The position numbers and the translations under genes are program-made. DNA of 64,000 nt from Gammaproteobacteria bacterium (GTDB taxonomy: Bacteria > Pseudomonadota > Gammaproteobacteria > Natronospirales > JAJUFS01), in assembly GCA_029263725.1 (NCBI GenBank), contig JAJUFS010000001.1:19439-83438 (forward strand). Reading direction: 5' to 3'. Below, one piece after another: positions 59,235-64,000 of the stretch. Each line of letters begins with the position of its first letter. Within the stretch, counting starts at the first letter, position 1. The notes under the pieces were generated by a model. That model worked only from the letters and a program-made list of their open reading frames with translations. It searched no databases and was not told the DNA's origin.

Positions 59235-59702
59235 ATGGGACAGAACAAGAGCGTGGATTTCGCCACTGGCCTGTTCATCTTTCTCGGCCTTGCGGCCATG
59301 TTCTTCCTGCTGACGCAGACGACGAACATCGAGGCCTACGGCGATGAGGGATACACGGTCACCGCCCGCTTCTCCAACATCGGCAACCTGAAGGAGCGCG
59401 CCCCGGTTTCGCTGTCCGGCGTGACCATCGGCCGGGTGAAGAAGATCGAAGTCGATCCCGAGCGCCTCGATGCGGTAGTCACCTTCACCATCGATTCGCG
59501 CTACAGCGCGATTCCGGCGGATTCCAGCGTGTCGATCCTCACCGCGGGCCTGCTCGGCGAGAAATATCTCGGCATCGAGCCGGGCGGAGACATTGAAAAT
59601 CTGAAGGATGGTGACGAAGTACTGTTTACGCAGTCTGCCGTGGTGCTTGAGAATCTGATCAGCAAGTACCTGTTCGACACCGCTTCAGGAGGTGAGGAAT
59701 GA
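59235..59702 (+). CDS. mlaD: outer membrane lipid asymmetry maintenance protein MlaD (MCE domain)
   Basis: N-terminal TM, MCE domain (APVSLSGVTIGRVKKIEVD..., LTAGLLGEKYLGIEPG). Confidence 0.9.
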   Translation: MGQNKSVDFATGLFIFLGLAAMFFLLTQTTNIEAYGDEGYTVTARFSNIGNLKERAPVSLSGVTIGRVKKIEVDPERLDAVVTFTIDSRYSAIPADSSVSILTAGLLGEKYLGIEPGGDIENLKDGDEVLFTQSAVVLENLISKYLFDTASGGEE

Positions 59703-60334
59703 CACGCACCATCCGATCCGTTCTCGTCCTGTTTGCCGCGGTGTTCGCGCTCGGCGCGAATGCCCGGGAAATGCAGGACCCCGCAAAGTTCGTCGAGGAG
59801 CGGGCACAGGCGATTCTCGCCGCGCTGGACGGCAGCCGAGAGGCCATTCGTGCCGATGGCAAGGCCGCGGAGGCCATCGTTGAGCGCGAGCTGCTGCCGT
59901 ACATCGACGTCGATTACATCTCCCGCCTGGTGCTGGGCCAGCACTGGCGCAACGCCAGCGAGGAGCAGCGCAAGCGCTTCCAGGCGGCCTTCCAGAACTT
60001 CCTGCTGAAGAGCTACGGCCAGGGGCTCGCCGACTTCACCGAGGACCGCCTGAAGGTCATGCCGCTGCGAGGCGAACCGGATCCGCGCCGTACCATCGTG
60101 CAGACGCAGATCGCCCGCGAAAGCGGCCAGCCCGTGCCGGTCGCCTTCACGATGCGCTGGACGGATGACGGATGGAAGCTGTTCGATGTGATCATCGAAG
60201 GCATTTCCTACGTCCGCAATTACCGCACCGACTTCAACAGCGAAGTGCAGCAGCGCGGCCTGGATGCCCTGATCGAGCGGCTCGAGAAGGGCCAGGGCCC
60301 GGAAGCGCCGGGAATGGAGAAGGACGCGTCGTGA
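59699..60334 (+). CDS. mlaC: phospholipid-binding periplasmic protein MlaC (Ttg2D family)
   Basis: Signal peptide, DVDYISRLVLGQHWR and WKLFDVIIEGIS motifs. Confidence 0.88.
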   Translation: MTRTIRSVLVLFAAVFALGANAREMQDPAKFVEERAQAILAALDGSREAIRADGKAAEAIVERELLPYIDVDYISRLVLGQHWRNASEEQRKRFQAAFQNFLLKSYGQGLADFTEDRLKVMPLRGEPDPRRTIVQTQIARESGQPVPVAFTMRWTDDGWKLFDVIIEGISYVRNYRTDFNSEVQQRGLDALIERLEKGQGPEAPGMEKDAS

Positions 60335-60612
60335 TGGCGGAAGCGAAGGAAGAGGGCGAAGTGCTGCGCGTCAGCGGCGATCTCACTTTCGCGACGGTTG
60401 CGGGACTCGCAAGACAGTCATCCGGCTGGAATCCGCGAGTCAGCGCCATCGATCTTGCCGCGGTGGGCGAGTGCGACAGTGCGGGACTTGCGTTGCTGCT
60501 GGAATGGCGGCGCCGCGCGCGCCGCGAAGGCATCGATGTCGTCTACAGGAACGTGCCGCCGCGCCTGCTGCAGCTGGCACGCATCAGCGAGCTAGATACC
60601 TTCCTCGCCTGA
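60334..60612 (+). CDS. mlaB: STAS-domain protein MlaB
   Basis: 92 aa. ATGA-type overlap with the mlaC stop. Anti-sigma-antagonist-like pattern (IDLAAVGECDSAGLALLLEW). Confidence 0.75.
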   Translation: MAEAKEEGEVLRVSGDLTFATVAGLARQSSGWNPRVSAIDLAAVGECDSAGLALLLEWRRRARREGIDVVYRNVPPRLLQLARISELDTFLA

Positions 60613-61437
60613 CACCTCTTCGGAAGTTTCTTCACCTTCTTCGGAACCCGCTTCGGCGGGTTCTTCCGTTTCCTCGTCAGGAATGTCTTCGAAGCTGTCA
60701 AAGTCCTCGTACAGGTCGTCGTAGTAGTCCTCGTCCCGCGGCGGGTTGCCGTCATGGACGAGATACTCGCGGCGCTGCAGGTAGGCGTCACGGATGAAGG
60801 CGTAGGGATCGTAGGCGGACTGCAGCTGCGGATCGAGATCGAGCAGCTGCGCGCGCATGTTGACGATGCCGAGCGCCCACACGTAGTAGCGCTCGGGCTC
60901 GTCGAAGAGCTGGACCATGGGATCGTACTGGAAGTCGGCCACGAGCGCGCCGGTGTCGCGGACCGTGGACGGGCCCAGGAAAGGCAGCACGAGGTAAGGG
61001 CCCGAGGGCACGCCCCAGCGTCCGAGCGTCTGGCCGAAGTCCTCGTTGTGCGCCTCCAGCCCGAAATGCGTCGCCGGATCGAAGATGCCGCCGATGCCGA
61101 TGGTGGTGTTCACCAGGAAGCGGCCGGTGTCACTCAATGCGTCGAGGAAGTCTCCCTGCAGCAGCTGGTTCACGATCACCAGCGGATAGCTCAGGTTGGA
61201 GAAGAAGTTGCTGACGCCTTTCTCGACGGGATCCGGCGTGATCGCGCGATAGCCTTTCGCGACCGGCTTCAGCACGGCGCGGTCCACCGAATCGTTGAAC
61301 TGGTACATCGCGCGGTTGTAGCGCTCCCACGGATCCTGCTCGGAACGCTCGGAGTTCTCGGGCAGGGAAGCGCAGCCGCTGAAGATCAGCGCCATGAGGA
61401 CGAGTGCGGGGAAGCGCAGGCTTTTCATGAGCGTCAC
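60592..61437 (-). CDS. mlaA: lipoprotein MlaA (VacJ) with an unusual acidic C-terminal tail
   Basis: Lipobox IFSGC, DPWERYNRAMYQFND and NFFSNL VacJ motifs. The last roughly 50 aa are D/E-rich. Confidence 0.9.
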   Translation of the reverse strand: MTLMKSLRFPALVLMALIFSGCASLPENSERSEQDPWERYNRAMYQFNDSVDRAVLKPVAKGYRAITPDPVEKGVSNFFSNLSYPLVIVNQLLQGDFLDALSDTGRFLVNTTIGIGGIFDPATHFGLEAHNEDFGQTLGRWGVPSGPYLVLPFLGPSTVRDTGALVADFQYDPMVQLFDEPERYYVWALGIVNMRAQLLDLDPQLQSAYDPYAFIRDAYLQRREYLVHDGNPPRDEDYYDDLYEDFDSFEDIPDEETEEPAEAGSEEGEETSEEVSGEEGI

Positions 61438-61480
61438 GTGCAGGCAGACAGGAAGCGCCGATTATACAGGCGCGGCAGCG

Positions 61481-62926
61481 TCAGTTTTGCGCCTGGCGCC
61501 GGGAATTTCGCCGCATCTCGAGCAGTGCATCGGTGACCTCCTTGAGGCGCGCCTCGTACTGCAGGCGTTCCTTGGAGGAAGCGCGGCTGCCGTTGACGGC
61601 GAGCGTGAGATGGTCGCGCGCCGCCCCAAGGTTGCCGAAACGGATGTAATACTCGGACATGTAGAAGTGCGACTCGGCGGTTTCGCCGGCCTCGGCCGCC
61701 ACCTGGGCGAGCACGCGGATTTCATCTGGCACCGGCTCGTGCCGGTTGAACAGGTCGCGCAGCATGACGAGCGCTTCATTGGCGCGGTCGGTCTGGCGGA
61801 GCACCTGCGCATGCGCCAGCACCACGGGCACATTGTGCGGGAAAAGCCCGTGGGCACGTTCCATCACCTGCTGCGCGCGGGCTGCCTCTCTCGCCTGCAG
61901 CAAGGCCATGCCGAGGCCAATATGGTAGTGCGTGATGCTGTCGTCGCTCGCCAGCAGTTCCTCGAACATTTTCACCGCCTGCTGCGGCTTGCCCGTGCGC
62001 ATCGCCTGCAGCGCATCTGCATAGGGCTTGCCCAACGGGTTGTCGGACACGCCGGCAACGACGTTCCCCGCGAGGACGCCGAGCCGCGCCTTCATCAGCG
62101 GGTAATTGCGCGATTCCTCCGCTTCGCCCGGGGTCATCTTCTGCACCCGTTGCGAGGATTCGATCACGCGGGACATGGAAAGCGGGTGAGTGGACAGGAA
62201 TTCCGGCATGCGCGAGTTCTGGATGCGCTGCGCACGCTGCATGGTTTCGAAGAAGCTCACCATGCCACGCGGGTCGAAGCCGGCGCGCGCCAGCATCTCG
62301 ACGCCGATGTAATCCGCCTCGTATTCCTGCTCGCGCGTGAAGTTGATCTGCTCCTGCGCCAGCATGCCCTGGCCAAGCATCATCGCGCCGGTCACGTCGT
62401 CGCCGCCGGCGCCGGCAGCGGCGAGCGCGATGGCGCCAAGCAGCACGGCCAGGCCTTTCAGGCCGAGGCTGCTGTTGGCCTCGAAGCGGCGGGCGACATG
62501 ACGCTGGGTGACGTGAGCGACCTCGTGCGCCAGCACGCTGGCCAGCTCAGATTCGGTCCGCGTCTTCAGCAGCAGGCCGCTGTGTATGCCGATGTAGCCT
62601 CCGGGCAAGGCGAAGGCGTTGACCGTGTCATCACGGACGATGAAGAACGTGAAGCGGGTGTCCTGATGGTCGCTGGCGGCAACCAGCCGTGAACCGACGT
62701 GCTGGATGTACTCGTTGAGCTCGGGGTCCTCGATCAGCAGGCCGTTGCGGCGCAATTCCGCGGTGATCTGGCGGCCTATGCTCGCCTCGCTGGTTCCTGC
62801 CAGCAGGCGCAGGGTGCCGCCGCCGAGCTCAGGCAGCGAAATCACGGGATTGGCCGCGGCCGGAGGCAACAGCTGGCTCAGCAATAGCAGGAAAATCAGG
62901 CATCTACGGAGCATCGACCCGACCAT
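61481..62926 (-). CDS. bepA: beta-barrel assembly-enhancing protease BepA (M48 peptidase plus TPR)
   Basis: Signal peptide, HEVAHVTQRH zinc motif, C-terminal TPR-like repeats, 481 aa. Confidence 0.88.
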   Translation of the reverse strand: MVGSMLRRCLIFLLLLSQLLPPAAANPVISLPELGGGTLRLLAGTSEASIGRQITAELRRNGLLIEDPELNEYIQHVGSRLVAASDHQDTRFTFFIVRDDTVNAFALPGGYIGIHSGLLLKTRTESELASVLAHEVAHVTQRHVARRFEANSSLGLKGLAVLLGAIALAAAGAGGDDVTGAMMLGQGMLAQEQINFTREQEYEADYIGVEMLARAGFDPRGMVSFFETMQRAQRIQNSRMPEFLSTHPLSMSRVIESSQRVQKMTPGEAEESRNYPLMKARLGVLAGNVVAGVSDNPLGKPYADALQAMRTGKPQQAVKMFEELLASDDSITHYHIGLGMALLQAREAARAQQVMERAHGLFPHNVPVVLAHAQVLRQTDRANEALVMLRDLFNRHEPVPDEIRVLAQVAAEAGETAESHFYMSEYYIRFGNLGAARDHLTLAVNGSRASSKERLQYEARLKEVTDALLEMRRNSRRQAQN

Positions 62927-62998
62927 ATCACGCCGGTCGACCGAGGAGGAGGCCGGAAAGGTGAATTTCCCGGCAAGAAAACGCTGGAGCAGGGCAAC

Positions 62999-63028
62999 AA
63001 AAAACCCCGGCCGAAGCCGGGGTTTTTT
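62999..63028 (-). terminator. intrinsic (bidirectional-looking) terminator after fadL
   Basis: AAAAAA-CCCCGGC-cgaa-GCCGGGG-TTTTTT, 10 nt downstream of the fadL stop. Confidence 0.85.
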
Positions 63029-63037
63029 GCAGTTGCA

Positions 63038-64000
63038 TCAGAACTGGTAGCGAAGGGCGGCGCCGAAGATGTCGGCACTGGCCTCGTAGGTACCGATCAG
63101 GGTGTCCTGCATGGACGCGCCCACCTCGTTGAGGACAATGTCGTCATCCAGGAAGAGATGCGCGTAGCCGAAGTCCATGCGCAGGTTTTCGCTGGCCTGC
63201 CAGCTGGCGCCCAGCGCCAGCCAGGTACGGTCAGCGTCCGGCAGGCGCGGCGTGCGGGTCTCGTCCGACACCGGGGTCTCGTCATACGCCAGACCGGCGC
63301 GGAAGGTCCACTTCGGGTCGTAGCGCCAGTCGAGGCCCAGCGAGTAACGCATCACGTTCTTCCAGTTCTCCGGCTGGACGGTGGGCGGCTGGCCGCTGCC
63401 GGTTTCCGGATCGTAGTTGTCGAAGTTGACGCGGATTTCCTCGAAGCTGTCCCAGCCGGTCCAGGTGACATCGCCACTGATCGTGAACTGCTCGTTGATG
63501 TCGTGCGCCACCGACAGCGACAGGGTCTGCGGGGTGGTGAAGTCCGCCTGGATGCCCTGGTTGATGAAGCGGTGTGTCGCCGTGAACACCGCCGGCGCGT
63601 TCTCGAAACGGGCATCGCCTTCGAGGTCATGGTCGATCTCGCTGCGATAGTGCAGGCCGATGCGCGTGGCATCGTTCTTCCACAGCACGCCGACGTTGAA
63701 GCCGAAGCCCCAGCTGTCACCCTCGATCTCCGCATAGCCGTCGTGCTGCTGCGGGTTCAGGCCGAGACCATTACAGGTCACCGGGTTGACGAAGTTGTAG
63801 CAGACGATGCCGTAGTCGACGATGTTGGTCAGCTTCACGCGCATGTGCATGGCGTTCAGGCCAAAGCCCAGCGACCAGTTGTCGTTGATCTTCCAGCCCA
63901 GCGACGGATTCAGGTTGAGCGTGGTCACGTTCGAATACACGCCCTGGTAGCGGCCCACCCAGTCCGGGTCATAGTCGGTGGAAAGGCCGAACGGAGCGTT
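63038..64000 (-). CDS. fadL: outer membrane transport protein, OMPP1/FadL/TodX family (5' end outside window)
   Basis: The frame is open to the window edge. Beta-barrel pattern and C-terminal ...FGAALRYQF are typical of FadL-family proteins. Confidence 0.8.
   Translation of the reverse strand, partial: NAPFGLSTDYDPDWVGRYQGVYSNVTTLNLNPSLGWKINDNWSLGFGLNAMHMRVKLTNIVDYGIVCYNFVNPVTCNGLGLNPQQHDGYAEIEGDSWGFGFNVGVLWKNDATRIGLHYRSEIDHDLEGDARFENAPAVFTATHRFINQGIQADFTTPQTLSLSVAHDINEQFTISGDVTWTGWDSFEEIRVNFDNYDPETGSGQPPTVQPENWKNVMRYSLGLDWRYDPKWTFRAGLAYDETPVSDETRTPRLPDADRTWLALGASWQASENLRMDFGYAHLFLDDDIVLNEVGASMQDTLIGTYEASADIFGAALRYQF

Overview
High-GC (by eye about two thirds G+C) gammaproteobacterial chromosomal window, densely coding. 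No homology search was run: products are called from motifs I recognise in the supplied translations plus conserved gene order. Most of it is core housekeeping in classical order. In sequence: recJ-prfB-lysS; a succinate dehydrogenase block with three assembly-factor genes; nadB divergent from rpoE-rseABC-degP (algU-mucABCD-like); lepA-lepB-rnc-era-recO-pdxJ-acpS; sucA-sucB-lpdA; relA; yebC-ruvCAB-ybgC-tolQRAB-pal-cpoB-queEC; fba; mlaFEDCB with mlaA; bepA; fadL. Two tRNAs are present, Arg-CCT and Lys-TTT. There is no rRNA, CRISPR array, transposase or integrase. The interesting part is a block of mostly minus-strand, non-core genes at about 22.9-35.1 kb, between acpS and tRNA-Arg. Its centrepiece is two near-identical tandem c-di-GMP-I (GEMM-I) riboswitch aptamers (31437-31499 and 31258-31329, minus strand). 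They lead into a monocistronic beta-propeller lipoprotein gene. On one side is an operon for a flippase-like membrane protein and a fusion of a degenerate metallophosphoesterase domain to a GT4 glycosyltransferase. On the other side are a small 4-Cys secreted protein and a membrane GGDEF protein whose active site is degenerate (EAGEF) but whose RxxD I-site is intact. I propose this as an uncharacterised c-di-GMP-controlled cell-envelope module. Other points: the prfB +1 programmed frameshift; a 59-aa DUF1674/SDHAF4-like ORF missing from the ORF track; related homopurine/homopyrimidine hairpins flanking lysS; a 7-blade propeller protein with a GlyGly-CTERM-like tail; and several strong intergenic hairpins. 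The many long ORFs antisense to real genes are treated as high-GC artefacts.
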